DNA from: Lytechinus pictus
Taxonomy: Eukaryota
Direction: 5' to 3'
Length of the DNA: 64,000 nucleotides
NCBI RefSeq assembly: GCF_037042905.1
Contig: NC_087252.1
Coordinates: 1,676,001 to 1,740,000 of the forward strand
Position 1 is the first letter of the stretch, and the number at the start of each line of letters is the position of its first letter. This document shows positions 1 to 13,171 of this stretch, in pieces. The notes under the pieces were generated by a model. The model did not search any database and had not been told where the DNA came from. It saw nothing but the letters and a program-made list of their open reading frames with translations. Made by a program: the position numbers and the translations under genes.

Positions 1-1
1 G

Positions 2-967
2 TCCCAAGGCCACAGCAATTTAATGCAGTTTCATTCATCCACTTCCAATACGCCCAACCAGTCATCTGAAAGTGTCTTTGCAGGCGGGGAAGTCCAGCGA
101 ATCACGTACCCATCACAAGGCGGAGGCGGGAGAGTACAAGAAAGCAGTCGAACCAAGAAGCGAGCCCCAAACCCTTCAGACAGTATTTTTGCTCGGGATC
201 CGCACGAGATTGATGGAACTCGCAGTACGTCCGTATCTCTGCTGCAAGATAACTGGTTTGGTAGTTCAGCTCGCATAAATACAACTAGTAGCAATGAGAC
301 TGCACCACCGACATTCCTGCCCAATTTCCCCAGCTCTCAGACTTCCCAGGGCCAATCGGAGAGTGTTACATCATCTTCGTCCACTAGTTCATCTCTCATT
401 TCAAACATCTCACCTTCTCGACGGTTGAGACAGAACGAGATGCCCACCTACCTCCCGTCCCATCTCCCAGGACCCATTCTTCCAAGTCCTCCACAAACCA
501 AAGGAAGTCATACGCGGGAGACGGACATCGCTTCCTTCAATCCCATGTTCACACCTTCCCGGACAGCTGGCATTCACAGCATGACTGCCAATTTCCCAGT
601 GTTTCACGAGCACCAACCTCCAGGCGGCTTCAACATCGCGAAGTCCAACCAACTGCCAGGTAGTGTCGCCCAAACCCCTTTCAACTTCAATAACATTTTT
701 AATGAATCCTCCCAAGTGGCCTCGAGCACTCATGTCACAGATGCTCAAACGTTAAACCACAGCATTGGCTTGACCCCAACCGTCCACCTCCATGGGAATG
801 CGTCGCTGCCCTCGGAGGAAAGTGTGCTTCATGGGAACATGAGTCAGAGACATCCTGCTCAGCCGTTTGGTCTGTTGGCTCAGAATCGCCCACCGATGGG
901 AGTCCCAACGCCGATGGGTAGGCCTCACCATCAGTTTCATAGCTCTTCTTTCATGCACCACTACTGA
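2..967 (+). CDS. Terminal coding exon (5'-partial) of an unidentified Ser/Pro/Gln/His-rich low-complexity protein
   Basis: The frame is open from position 2 (upstream of the ATG at 23) to TGA at 965-967, giving over 320 codons of GC-richer sequence followed by AT-rich UTR-like DNA. No recognisable domain. Confidence 0.7.
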   Translation, partial: SQGHSNLMQFHSSTSNTPNQSSESVFAGGEVQRITYPSQGGGGRVQESSRTKKRAPNPSDSIFARDPHEIDGTRSTSVSLLQDNWFGSSARINTTSSNETAPPTFLPNFPSSQTSQGQSESVTSSSSTSSSLISNISPSRRLRQNEMPTYLPSHLPGPILPSPPQTKGSHTRETDIASFNPMFTPSRTAGIHSMTANFPVFHEHQPPGGFNIAKSNQLPGSVAQTPFNFNNIFNESSQVASSTHVTDAQTLNHSIGLTPTVHLHGNASLPSEESVLHGNMSQRHPAQPFGLLAQNRPPMGVPTPMGRPHHQFHSSSFMHHY

Positions 968-3900
968 ATAAAATTCCCAGGGCCCGGTAAATACAAAGGT
1001 TATTGAATAATCGCTAATTTGAAAGATCAATTCTGATTGGTTCTTAGTCAGTCTACTGAGCAAAATGTGCATGGGAGGATGATCTTGATAGGCTATTTCA
1101 TTTAGCAATTAATCGCTAACCTTTTTTTTACGGGGCCATTATTATTGTATGACTGCTATCTTTATTCATCTGAAATATTAACTGCCAATCAGTTGAAACT
1201 GGTGCTTTGAAAGAAATAATCATATTGTAATATTCCCTTACATCCTGTTTTCACAAGATGAGGTAAATGAAGGGGCTTTCGATTTTTCACTCAGTCCCTT
1301 CTGATTTGTCCACAGGGTGCTAAGTATTTATGCATTTTCACTTTCAGGCTTTTTATCCAGGTTAGATACTGTAGCACCGAAAAATTGTTGAACAAAAAGT
1401 GATTTTTTTTTGGCGAGAGAAATTGATTCAATCGATTTCCATAAACAAAATTGTCATAAACTTTTTCCTAATTACAACATGAACCCATTTACCCAAAATG
1501 CACATGGCTAGTTGTTGACACATAAAACTGCCATGTATTTATTTCGCAGTGCGACAGTCTTTAATCTTCATTAAAGAACAGGATTTCTGCTAAATTGGGC
1601 AATAAATAGTTACCAGATTTCTTTTCAAGTAGATGATATCATTAGCTTCACATTTTGAACATGTTGTATGGATTCCCCAAGAGACTTCATGAGCTTCACA
1701 TTTTGAACATCTTGTACGGATTCCCCAAGAGGCTTTAGCCAAAGTTGGACTAAATGGGATACATCTGAAAATCTCCTTTATTATTTGAATTATCCATGCA
1801 TTAATTCTTTAAATTTTGAATAAAACAACTTATTGATCCTTTTTATTATACGCATGAAACTGTTTATTTTTCTTCATTGAAAACATTTGATATTGGACTT
1901 GCAGATGTACTGTATGTATCATTGATAACGGTCATTCGAAATTTTAGTCAATGGAAATTAATGTGTGTGATTAAATTTTTCTGTATGTGTATAGAAAATT
2001 TCAATTATGAATGGAGTTACGGAAACATAAACTTGCTAAATGAAAATGATTATTTCATTTTAATATGGTTTCGAACAAATCAAAATCAAGTTTTTTTGAT
2101 ACACAAAAAATTGTTGAAGATTATTTTTTCTCGGAGCATTAGTAACCATGATTATTGTGATAATATTTTCATTGTTGACGTTATGCCGTATTTTATGTAA
2201 ATTTATTTATTTATTTTCACATGTTGATACACCTATAGCACCTGTTATGTGTAGAATTTTGTTATGTAGTTATACAATTTAAAGATAATTTATACAATAC
2301 TAGAAAATTAAATTGATCTGCAAGTGACCTAACGGTGCGAGATTGTCAGAGAAACGTTAGCCTAACAACGCATTTACATCTTTGGGATTGTGAAGTCAAA
2401 ACATTTGTTTGAATGTGTAAAGTAATGCATTGTTGTAACATTAGGTAGGCATCACTGCCACATTAGTGGTTGTAACTGGGCCTCTGTCAGCGCTAACAAC
2501 GTTTCACTGCGGTCAGTTCAGAACCAAAAGACACATTGTCAAAGGCTTGTTTTGGACTGGGAATCCGCAAACATTCTCAAACTGCATCATATGGAATTCC
2601 AAAGCGATGACGTCAGTTGCCATGGTGTCATGGCGGCCTGGTTCTAAACAAATGATCGCTCTATATAGCGGGTGTTTCTCATAGGAATAAATGGCTGTTA
2701 TTGGAATTTCATCGCTTGCAGACGAGCCAAATTCATTGCAGCAAAACGCAAATCGATCAACATCGTTTTGATCACTAAATGGCATTAAAAATTGATACCA
2801 ACTTTATCGTCTTAATCCATTTTTGATTTTCACTTTCATCTTTGGGAAACCTATGAAATCTGCAGTTGCTTACAACCAGGGACAAAACACATCACCATTT
2901 TTGCAAATACAAATGTGTATAGACGATCGTCACCTGCGACTCTGTTTAGAACCAGCAGGTTCAATGTCATGACATTGTGACGTCATACTTCGGTACTCTA
3001 TTAAAAACAAATTTGAGTAGCAGGAAAGCTGCTATGAAAAGAAGCATATACATGTAGTCTTATAACAGGATCTCCACTTATAGAGAAGGAACAGAGTTTT
3101 GACAGTGTGCCTGTAGACACATCTGTGTGTTGATATTCCAACCATTACTTTTGTAGAATAAGCCAGTATGTACATGTAGTTAGTAGCTTTTGAGCAATAT
3201 TTATTGAATGACCTTCTCCATTTTACATTAGGATAAACACTAAAGACTTTTAAATTGAGGATGTGTACATGTAAGCTTTCAAACAGCATTTAGTGGTATT
3301 CCCGGTCTTGAAATCTTCAATCTACACAATTTTTAAAAGAGATACTAAAACACGTTTTAAGGGTGCAGCTATGTTTTTATTTTTTTATTGCTGAAAAAAT
3401 TATGTTATGTATTTTATTGAGATTATGCAAATTGGTGCATGTATTTTTATTTTGGTATTTCCTTCAAATGAGGACTTTTTTTCATACAAATCTTTTGCAA
3501 AAGTTGGTGTGAACCTTATTTGACATTGCTGTTTATGAGATTATGTCAGACTCTAGTTAATTATTCTATTTATTTTTTTTTCCTATTTTTTATGCATTTT
3601 AATTTTCAACAGCCATTTTTCACATTTAATACGTACTAACACTTGGGTGGTAATTTTATTGTATTCGGTTCGAACTAATTTTGAGATCGTTACCACAACT
3701 GTTTAATATTTATCTTTAAGACCGTAGCTCATGTCGCGCCGCCCTGATGTACTTGTTTTTTTATTTTAATCTCAGAAACAGCACTTGAGCACAGATGTTA
3801 TTGCAATAGATATGTTAACCTAAATGTACATGTAAATTGCAGAATGAAACAATTTGTATTGTTGCCTATTTAAAGGTTTTAAAGGTAATTAGCTGGGCAA

Positions 3901-4337
3901 TTCCATAAAATGATCAACCTCTTTGTACGTCCGACCCCCATTTTTCTCAAGTTTTACTTCACTTAATAAACTGACCAAGTCATGGCCCTGTGAGTACATT
4001 ACAGACTGTCAAAAGAACAAGAAATCAGAGACAGAAAATTTAATGAAGGTCCATAGGGGGTTGGATGTTCATATTTTATGGAATTGCCCAGCTGCTTACT
4101 TAAGTGATCACGGGAGGGGGGGGGGGGGGCTTTGCAGAAAGATGTTTGTTTAAACCCAACTGAAAATAATCAAACGCAAGTTCTACATAACTTAAATGCT
4201 TGTTTTTGATTTGTTGAAAATCAAATTTTGTTTAATTGAGTTACGTTTGATTACCGATCACTCTACAACAGGCCCCTCATGTAGTCCGGGCCGGTCATAC
4301 ACATGTACATTCTAGCAACATTAGTCAGTGAGAATTT

Positions 4338-7300
4338 TTGTAATTGTAATTGATTGTAATTGAAATGGTTTATTAAGAAAACTTCATCGCAGCCGAAGGC
4401 TGAATTGCGAAATTCTGTACAAGGTAAAATACAAAATATATACAATAACAGTGACTATAACAAAATGACATGTAAAAGTAATAAAATAAATGTTATATGT
4501 TGAAATTTAAGAAAGGAGAAGAGTAGAATAATTTTATACATGGGATAAAAGTAATCTTGGATAGTTGTAACAACAGTATGATTCTGTGGGGATAAAGTCA
4601 GTAATTCATAAGCTTGCATGAATGAAATAAGTAACAGAAATTATAAACAAATGGCATTTCTTTAAAGAATTGAAGATGAAATATAACTAGTGCCGGAATA
4701 AGGGGGAAAATGACGATAAGGTTGGTAAAACTGCTTAAAGGGATTTTGTCAATGAGATAGGTGCATTTCACCTGGCTTACAAGGAAATAAGAGATATCAT
4801 AAATATAATGATTGATTAAACAATTTCTGGTTGTACATGTATAAACATGGAATTAGCATATTAAACGATTATACCAAGATGGGGAAAAAACAACTATGCC
4901 CATTGAAAACAAGCAATGCTAGATGTGGTAAAAGTAATATTGAGCACAAATATGCAAGCTTTATTATTGTTATCATTTTGCTACAAAGAATCGTAACCAG
5001 AATTTAAAGTAAACGAAAACATAATAATAATAATAATAATATTATCATATTAGACGATAGCATATTAATATCGTTTTGTTTAAAATCTATTTGCATAATT
5101 TGGATATTGTTAACACATTGATTGCTTGTTGAGATGTCGTATCATGTATTAACTGAAAAGGCATGTTTTAATTAATCATAGTTTTTTAAATTAATTACAT
5201 ATTCGATTGATTGTTGAGTAGTCGGACCATGTATGGGACAGCGCTTTTGCGACGGCGTTCTGTTCTACAGCGTATTTCAGTGTACATATTGCTGTGACGT
5301 AGTGAACGTTTGTGGACCGCCTCACGAGTTGGAGGTAGCCAGTCGTGAAAGGGGGAGGAATGAAGACTCACGCCCTTTGCTAGTCTCATACATAGTCCTT
5401 CTCTCCGCTTATCAAGAGTAGATAGGTTGAGCACTTCTAGTGCATGGTCATAATCTTGGTATGCAGGCCCAAGCATGAGGCGGAATGCGCGTTTTTGTAT
5501 CCTCTCAATTTGTTTTCTCTGTGATGCGTCAAGTCCAGAGTGCCAAACTGGTGCACAGTACTCTAATGCTGGACGAACATAGGAGGAATAAATTACCTTC
5601 AAATCATCAAGGGGTAGTTTGAATCCCTTGAGGATGCGCAACATATGAAGCCTCATGCTTGCGCGCTTGGTGATCTCATTGACATGATATGTCCATTTCA
5701 AATCTTTCTGAATGCAAACTCCAAGTAGTTTCATGAACTGGACTTCAGATAGTTCCTGCCCTTCGAGTTCAACAGTGGGATTTGGTGGACTTGTTCTCAT
5801 GAAGCTTATGTGCATGACAGCACATTTACTCGGGTTGAGTTTCATGTTGTTATCTTTAGACCACTGCTGAAGCTCATCCGCACTCTTCTGGATGGTGGCA
5901 GGGTCGCTCGTTTTCCTGTTATCTAGTATCGAGAGATCATCTACGTATTTCCAATGTAGATTAGGACTCTGTTGGCATGCATCATTGATCAAGCAGAGGA
6001 AAATAAGCGGGCCTAAACGAGTTCCTTGCGGGGCACCAGCTTGTATGTTCTTCCATCCTGAGACTACTGATCTGTACTTAACACACTGTTGCCGGTCTTT
6101 CAAGAAGTTGCATATCCATGCAACCAATGCTGGTTGAACATTCATGTCTAAGAGCTTTGATAGAGCCAGGTTGTGGTCAATCCGATCGAAGGCCTTGGAG
6201 AAATCAGTGGCCAATAGGGTACATATTGATTTCGGTTTGTCAACATTAGCATGTATTACATTGAGGAGATCAATCAGATAGTGCGATGTTGACATACCCT
6301 TTCTATTTCCAAACTGAGCTTTGTCGATGGACCCTTCCATGTCTTTTAGAGCCCAATTAGCAACAAACTTCTCAGCTACTTTTGAAAAATGATCTGTCAG
6401 TGATACAGGTCGTAGGTTTTCAATAGTGGGCTGCGGGACTTTGGGCACTGGAACAACGCAAGCCCGTTTCCAGCACTCAGGCACCACTGCTTGCTGAAAA
6501 GAAGAATTCAAGATATCGCAAAGTGGTATGCATAACTCGTAGGCGAAGAGGTTTATCACTCTAGCTGGGATCCCATCTGGACCGGGAGCCTTACTCTGTT
6601 TGATGTTCTTCAGCTCTCTGTAGACCTGATACGGTTGTACAAAGGGAAGGAGTTTGCTTGCAGGGAGATAAGATGGCAAAGTAGATGTGTTCAACTTTGG
6701 GATGTCCTTTGCTATGTCAGTGAAGAACCTATTGATCTCTTCTGCACAGCTCCTCAGGTCACAGGGATCAGTACTAGGGATATCAATCTTTGGTGACTTC
6801 ACCTGACCACTTGTCATTATCTTGATGTGTCTATACCATTTCGATGGATTTGACTTCTTCATCTTCTGAACCCGGTTGACGTAGTAATCAGCTTTGGAAA
6901 GTACAATCTGTCGTTTCACCTTGTTCCTCAGCTGATGCCATCTTGGAATATCGTTTTGAGCAAAAGCGGTTTGCCGCTCTGAAATCAAGGATTTGATGGC
7001 TGGTGTCATCCACGGTTTGTCTTGTACATGGAGCCTTGATGTCTTCTTTGGAAAGTATGAATCTAACAGAGGTAACAGGATGTTGTAGAATTCATGGCAT
7101 TTGTCATCTACATTGTCAGATTCGAAGACACTCGACCAATCATAGTTAAGAAGTTTAGCGCCAAACTCACGAATAGCGCTGTCCTTCATAGGTCTGGTTA
7201 CTTTCTTGCTCACGCGATTCACTAGAATCGGGGTAGAGTCACTCGGGGGCCAAAGGATAGAATTATGATCACTTGATCCCAGAGGTGACATAATCGATGG

Positions 7301-7785
7301 TGACTTGTAGTAAGTGCCGACGTTAGTGATGATTTTGTCTAAGATTCTGTCACCCCGTGTAGCCTTGTCTACAACTTGGACGAAGCTCCTATCTGATGTC
7401 AAACAAGATGTATCAAGGTCGTTGAAGTCACCCATGATTACAAATCCAACATCAGGATAACGGGAAGAAATATAATCTGTTGTTTGTAAGATGTGATTTA
7501 TTAGTCTTTCCTCGTTCTCATTGTTAGGAGGGTGGTACACCACAGCTATTACCAAAATAGAAACAGATCTTGGAAGCTTTGACGGGTGCACTTTGACCCA
7601 TGTGATTTCTAAGTCATTGGGGACCACAATGTCGGGGACAGGTTGGGGGTTTAAATGACTCCTGACATAGACAGCTACGCCCCCACCCCTTCTTTGTGTC
7701 CTTGATTTCTCGTACATGATATAATCAGGGATAGATACATAGTCAGAATAGTCATAGTCAGAATTGAGAAAGGCAAACACTCTCA
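4338..7785 (-). mobile_element. 5'-truncated CR1-group (L2/Crack/Daphne-like) non-LTR retrotransposon
   Basis: Carries an APE-RT ORF, then a ~850-bp 3' UTR, AATAAA (4374-4369) and a (TTACAA)-like short repeat tail at ~4338-4363 on the minus strand. No clean TSD seen. Confidence 0.88.
5195..7780 (-). CDS. LINE ORF2: C-terminal part of the APE endonuclease plus reverse transcriptase (N-terminally truncated)
   Basis: Endonuclease motifs GGGVAVY, VYHPP, MGDFN, ILDKI, SDH; RT motifs KAPGPDGI, LRPVSLT, DFSKAFD, GAPQGTRLGP, YVDD, LLGV. 861 codons uninterrupted. The GTG start is an artefact of truncation. Confidence 0.92.
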   Translation of the reverse strand: MFAFLNSDYDYSDYVSIPDYIMYEKSRTQRRGGGVAVYVRSHLNPQPVPDIVVPNDLEITWVKVHPSKLPRSVSILVIAVVYHPPNNENEERLINHILQTTDYISSRYPDVGFVIMGDFNDLDTSCLTSDRSFVQVVDKATRGDRILDKIITNVGTYYKSPSIMSPLGSSDHNSILWPPSDSTPILVNRVSKKVTRPMKDSAIREFGAKLLNYDWSSVFESDNVDDKCHEFYNILLPLLDSYFPKKTSRLHVQDKPWMTPAIKSLISERQTAFAQNDIPRWHQLRNKVKRQIVLSKADYYVNRVQKMKKSNPSKWYRHIKIMTSGQVKSPKIDIPSTDPCDLRSCAEEINRFFTDIAKDIPKLNTSTLPSYLPASKLLPFVQPYQVYRELKNIKQSKAPGPDGIPARVINLFAYELCIPLCDILNSSFQQAVVPECWKRACVVPVPKVPQPTIENLRPVSLTDHFSKVAEKFVANWALKDMEGSIDKAQFGNRKGMSTSHYLIDLLNVIHANVDKPKSICTLLATDFSKAFDRIDHNLALSKLLDMNVQPALVAWICNFLKDRQQCVKYRSVVSGWKNIQAGAPQGTRLGPLIFLCLINDACQQSPNLHWKYVDDLSILDNRKTSDPATIQKSADELQQWSKDNNMKLNPSKCAVMHISFMRTSPPNPTVELEGQELSEVQFMKLLGVCIQKDLKWTYHVNEITKRASMRLHMLRILKGFKLPLDDLKVIYSSYVRPALEYCAPVWHSGLDASQRKQIERIQKRAFRLMLGPAYQDYDHALEVLNLSTLDKRREGLCMRLAKGVSLHSSPFHDWLPPTREAVHKRSLRHSNMYTEIRCRTERRRKSAVPYMVRLLNNQSNM

Positions 7786-8498
7786 GACAGATTTTTTCTT
7801 CATTTCAAATCCATTATTCGGAAAATCAAAATTTTGCAGTTCTACAGGTACATGTGTTTGATATATGTATTCCATGATTTTGTAAATGATTTGATTGTAC
7901 ACATACTGTATTTGTCATTTTATGTTTCCATGTACATCTTTGTCACCAAAATATTCAGAATACGGTCCTAAGAGAATAACAATGTAAATGGGTTTGCTAC
8001 GTAAAAAATCACACTTTATATAATTATGTCACTTCTTAAAATACTGATGTTCATGTTGCCCATAGTAATAATAATAGCAGAAAAATTATAGAAAATGGTG
8101 GAGGTTAGATTAAAATCCAAAGAAAAACAGTTATAAATGTTTGAAACCGGGGAAACCCCGGTGTAGTGGTCCACCTGCATTCCCCCAAACAGTTATCGGG
8201 AGGAGAGACCTGCGGGTCACAGTTCTGTGTGCGCGCCCTTGTAGGCGACCCAGATTGGTTGGCTCCTCCAATGCGCCTTTGAATGTCTTTGACAGATATA
8301 TGGCGCTATACAAATGCTGTGCATCATCATCATCATCATCAACTTTGATTTTGTGATGTCATAGAGGAGCAGCTCCTCCATATGTTGATCAATATAAATA
8401 TTAAAAAAAAACATTAAGAAAATGAAAGTGATTTTATTTGTGGGGTGGTTATATCATCAGACACATCAATGCATACCCACATCTATAAGCAAACAAAC

Positions 8499-8657
8499 CT
8501 GGTGGGTGTTTCATAAAGCTGTTTGTAAGTTAAAGCGACTTTAAGAACGAATGGTGATCCTTTCTTACGCGCTAATTAATCACCAATGAACATATCATTT
8601 ACCACAAGAAAGGATCACCAGTCGTTCTTACAAACGGCTTTATGAAACAGCCCCCTG
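8499..8657. mobile_element. Short palindromic MITE
   Basis: Inverted arms gtttcataaagctgtttgtaag...cttacaaacggctttatgaaac and tggtgatcctttctt...aagaaaggatcacca. Confidence 0.6.
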
Positions 8658-10464
8658 GAATTTGTATTATATGATAGGCAAGCTGCTCACATATGATTCA
8701 CAAACAAAAAAACTTTGAAATTTCATAACTCTTGTATTCTTTGATGGATGTTCATCCGACCTTCACAAATATTCTTTAATTTGTCTGCTTTTATTAAAAT
8801 AAACTTATCAAACAGGGCGAACTTCCCTTTTCATGCTGAAATTTTAGCCTGAATTGCTTTATATTCATGAACAACCAAACATTGATTTTAATAGTATGAT
8901 TGAGCGAGCGCTCATTTTTTTGGTTTTGTTTATCGGGTTTGTGCTTATGTGTTAACAACAAAGTGCCATTTGTTTCTGTTTTTCACTTCTACCTGTAATT
9001 CTGCTTGAAATATTCATGATGAAAATATATGCCTGTGAAAAGCACAGATGCAACATAAAGAAATAATTATTAGAAATATCTATTATACGACTAACTACCC
9101 CTGGCTTTTACAGGAACAATTAACAATTGCAATTTTCTGATAATTTTTTATGTAAAAGCCAGTGGAGGAAACGTTTCTATGTATATATCATAGAGTAATA
9201 AATTGTATTGAAAATTATGTGCTTAGAATATTTGCACATAGTTATGTTAAATGTGTGTTTAGAAGGAATGATAGTTTGTCTTATTTTGCACATACAAAGA
9301 TACTCTGACTTGGAGCGATGTGCATTTTATAAATCTGCATCTAGTGTAAATACATGTACAACAAATTATATGCAACAAAATATGAATTTTATTTTACTAG
9401 GAACATGTACATGTGTATGTATATAAACTATTCCTGTTGTACTTATCACTTACGTATTGTCATATTGTTTTAATAACGTGTATGAACAAGACAAAGTGAG
9501 TGACTTCACCGTTTTTTATCGTCCATTTTTGAAGTCATTGTGTAAATTGTATAGATGTGTATTTGGTGTACATATGTAAAGTTCTATGTTTTTGTTATGT
9601 TTGTTGTTTTGATATCATGAAAATGTGAATTTTATTCAATAAAACTCAAAGAGGAGTTTGAGTATTTATTACAGAATTCTTTCAGTTGACTGATTTGATT
9701 AGTATTTTGTATTTAGTTTGCTGTGCAAACCCTTCACTCGAGTAAAGGGTCTGAATGGCAGCCTACTCATGCCTTGTGTACTGAAGGCTTTGCGTGGAGA
9801 CACACTTGTTGATCAAAGTTTCAATCAGGGTCTGTGCCTGCAGACTATTTTGTATTGTATGCCAGACAGACTGGGTGGGTATAATGCACCGGTGACATTT
9901 GCTCCAGTCTTACTATCGTAATGGTTACATGTAGGATTGTAATATCGTTTTTGGTTCAGAATAATATAAAGATATGGATTACGGTTTAGTTAGTGTTGGA
10001 GGTAAGGTTTTATGTTTGGCTTAACATGCAGATTTTCCATCGAAGCAATTGTCGCCAGAGCAAATGTCATGGCCAAACACACCATATTAAATCTAGAAGA
10101 TCCTTATCTGCCCTAGCTTGGTCTTCATAAAAGCAGAAAACTTACAGAAATATATTGGTGAAGGTTTCACAAAAGCCAATCCAAGAACAAGAATAGTTAT
10201 CAGGCGCGTATACAGCAGCAGATCCTACAAAGCATTCCATGGGCCCAATTATCTGGGGACAATAGTGACTCTACTATGCTTGTGCACGGGCCCATACATT
10301 TCTCTGTCATAGTTGATGCTAGATACGCTAGTGGTAATTGATTCATGTTTAAAGTTCTAAATTTGTGATGTCATATATGCGAGTACCTTCCTGTGCACAT
10401 GTAGCATGTAATACATATCCCTTTTTAAAATAGATTATAATGAATACAACTATTTTGCTTGTAA

Positions 10465-10884
10465 AGCCCCCATCACACTTATTCCGAATCACGCAGAATT
10501 GGCCTGAATGAAAGGACTATTGTTTGACCACCAGTTGGTCATTTAAATCTACTTCGAACACCGTTCGAAAATATCCCTCGAATGTTTTGAACATGACCAA
10601 AACCTTCGGGACGGCCAAAAGAAATGACAAAAATATTTCGAATGCAGTCAGGATATTTAGAATGCCTCTAGAATGTCCAAAAACGTAGCACGAATTATCA
10701 ATCTGACTCCATTGCGGTTCATTTTGACTAGTGTATGATGATACACCTGGTCAATTTACTGAATTTCAACTCTAGTTTGGTGAATTCATAAGTTCCTCCC
10801 AAAAATTTCAAGATTTTTTGAATATTTTTTTCTTTCCAGCTTCTGCTTGATTCCTGCTGATTTCGAATAAGTGTGATGGGGGCT
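10465..10884. mobile_element. PIF/Harbinger-type MITE
   Basis: TIR agcccccatcacacttatt / aataagtgtgatgggggct with TAA on both flanks (10462-64, 10885-87). Confidence 0.8.
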
Positions 10885-12088
10885 TAAAAGACGACATGAA
10901 ATGATGCGTGTGATAATATATCCACCATGCATGAAATCACTAAAAAAAATTTGAGAAAATGGCATTTTGGGAATTAATATCACACGTCATATAATGTACC
11001 GATTTGTATCGCGCAAAAACTACATGTATGTGCATATATTCTTCTGTGCTGTAAGAGCTCCTGAAATGCTTGAAAAACAAAAATACATGGAATTTGATGG
11101 AAAAGATAGCACACAGGAAGGAGCCTCTTGTCTGATGTCACAAAAAAATAAAAACTTTGACTTTGTTCCTATCTGGCAGTTTTTCATTCAGCATTCACCA
11201 ATATCTTTCTCTATTTTTTCTGCTTTTATTAAAACCAACTTATCATAATCAGGGCGAACTGCCCTTTGAATAAATATAAGATGAAAAAGCTTTGCAATTG
11301 TACATGATTATAAGCCCATGGGAGATCATTGTCATTATTATCATTCATTTATTAGACATCAATTATATAAGGAACATACTGTACACCAAATAGGATAAGG
11401 AGAGTCACATTGATGCAGGGAAAGGAAAAAGATTAAATAAATAACAAAAACCTGAGGGTCTTCCTTTCCAAACATGTGACTTTACAGTCATTTTGACTAA
11501 AAAAAAAAAAAAAAGACTTAAAAATTGTCAATAACATGCTATGCCATGGCAGTACATGCTACATCTAAAATATATTTTTGATCATAATAACAATATTTGT
11601 AAGGCGTTTCATACAGATGATTCTGAGGGTTCAATTTTCTGACTTATAATTACTGGGACGTGTGTAATCAATAAATGAATGAATAACCAAATCTAAAAGA
11701 AACAAAAATAAATGAAACAAAGATGTGTACCTTCATAAAAGACCAACCCACAACCAATATATAGTGGAAATACCTAAAAATTGAAAAGGTTATTTTCCGG
11801 CGAGGTCTTCTATTGATCAAGAGAGTTGGCAATGTGGATACATTGGTAATTTATTCCAACTGTTACTTTCTATAATGAAGGTTTACATAAGTTGCATCAT
11901 ATGAATGAAGACTATCTAAACTTGTTAGTTATGCAATATGATTACCAGGGATGATGTCAAGGCCGGCCTCAAGGCCAAATTTTGCCGGTCTTGACCCCGG
12001 CCTTGGCCCAAGTCATTTATATCATGGAATCTCAGAATCATAGGGTTTACCATGCAATTCATTGTCCTCTTAGCAAGATAGAAGGGAT

Positions 12089-13140
12089 TTAACTGATGGC
12101 TTTCGTGAACTGGTCAACAGAGGAGGCTATCTTCACTGCAGCATGTCGGTGATTCCATAGTCTTGTACTGACCATAGAGGAGGCTATCTTCACTGCAGCA
12201 TGTAGGTGATTCCATAGTCTTGCACTGACCATAGAAGAGGCTATCTTCACTGCAGCATGTAGGTGATTCCATAGTCTTGTACTGACCATAGAAGAGGCTA
12301 TCTTCACTGCAGCATGTAGGTGATTCCATAGTCTTGTACTGACCATAGAAGAGGCTATCTTCACTGCAGCATGTAGGTGATTCCATAGTCTTGCACTGAC
12401 CATAGAAGAGGCTATCTTCACTGCAGCATGTAGGTGATTCCATAGTCTTGTACTGACCATAGAAGAGGCTATCTTCACTGCAGCATGTAGGTGATTCCAT
12501 AGTCTTGTACTGACCATAGAAGAGGCTATCTTCACTGCAGCATGTAGGTGATTCCATAGTCTTGTACTGACCATAGAAGAGGCTATCTTCACTGCAGCAT
12601 GTAGGTGATTCCATAGTCTTGTACTGACCATAGAAGAGGCTATCTTCACTGCAGCATGTAGGTGATTCCATAGTCTTGTACTGACCATAGAAGAGGCTAT
12701 CTTCACTGCAGCATGTAGGTGATTCCATAGTCTTGTACTGACCATAGAAGAGGCTATCTTCACTGCAGCATGTAGGTGATTCCATAGTCTTGTACTGACC
12801 ATAGAAGAGGCTATCTTCACTGCAGCATGTAGGTGATTCCATAGTCTTGTACTGACCATAGAAGAGGCTATCTTCACTGCAGCATGTAGGTGATTCCATA
12901 GTCTTGTACTGACCATAGAAGAGGACTTTTCACCTGCATGGCTCTTGGAAAGGCACTGAATAAGCCAGATTAATGACGATGAACGAGTATTATGGACTAG
13001 AATGTTATCAATGTATTCTGGACTTCTGTGATTGAGAGACTTGTCAACTAGCACCACAATTTTGAAGGCTACCATCTGTCTCACAGGCAACCATTGGAGC
13101 TGCAGTCGGAGAGACTCTGTGCAAGTCCTAATTGGAGCAG
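12089..13140 (-). mobile_element. Degenerate 3' fragment of an L2-like LINE ORF2, split by an internal minisatellite
   Basis: Translation LQWLPVRQMVAFKIVVLVDKSL...PEYI...GEKSSS...RLWNHL...SSVDQF resembles the L2 C-terminus LHWLPV..RI.FK...AFS..AP.LWN.LP. Confidence 0.7.
12119..12924. repeat. Minisatellite, 57-bp unit x14
   Basis: Head-to-tail agaagaggctatcttcactgcagcatgtaggtgattccatagtcttgtactgaccat, near-identical copies, no spacers. Confidence 0.97.
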
Positions 13141-13171
13141 AGAAGATAACCGTAGCAGCTGAATTCTTTAA

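Noticed and set aside
1644..1731. 48-bp-period direct duplication
   Set aside because: Simple two-copy local duplication in UTR-like DNA with nothing further to support a function.
2466..2785. Short ORFs as an extra exon or gene
   Set aside because: No motif or convincing splice context; they overlap a probable small inverted-repeat element (~2638-2957).
12119..12924. CRISPR-like array
   Set aside because: Units are contiguous with no unique spacers, there are no cas genes, and the context is eukaryotic.
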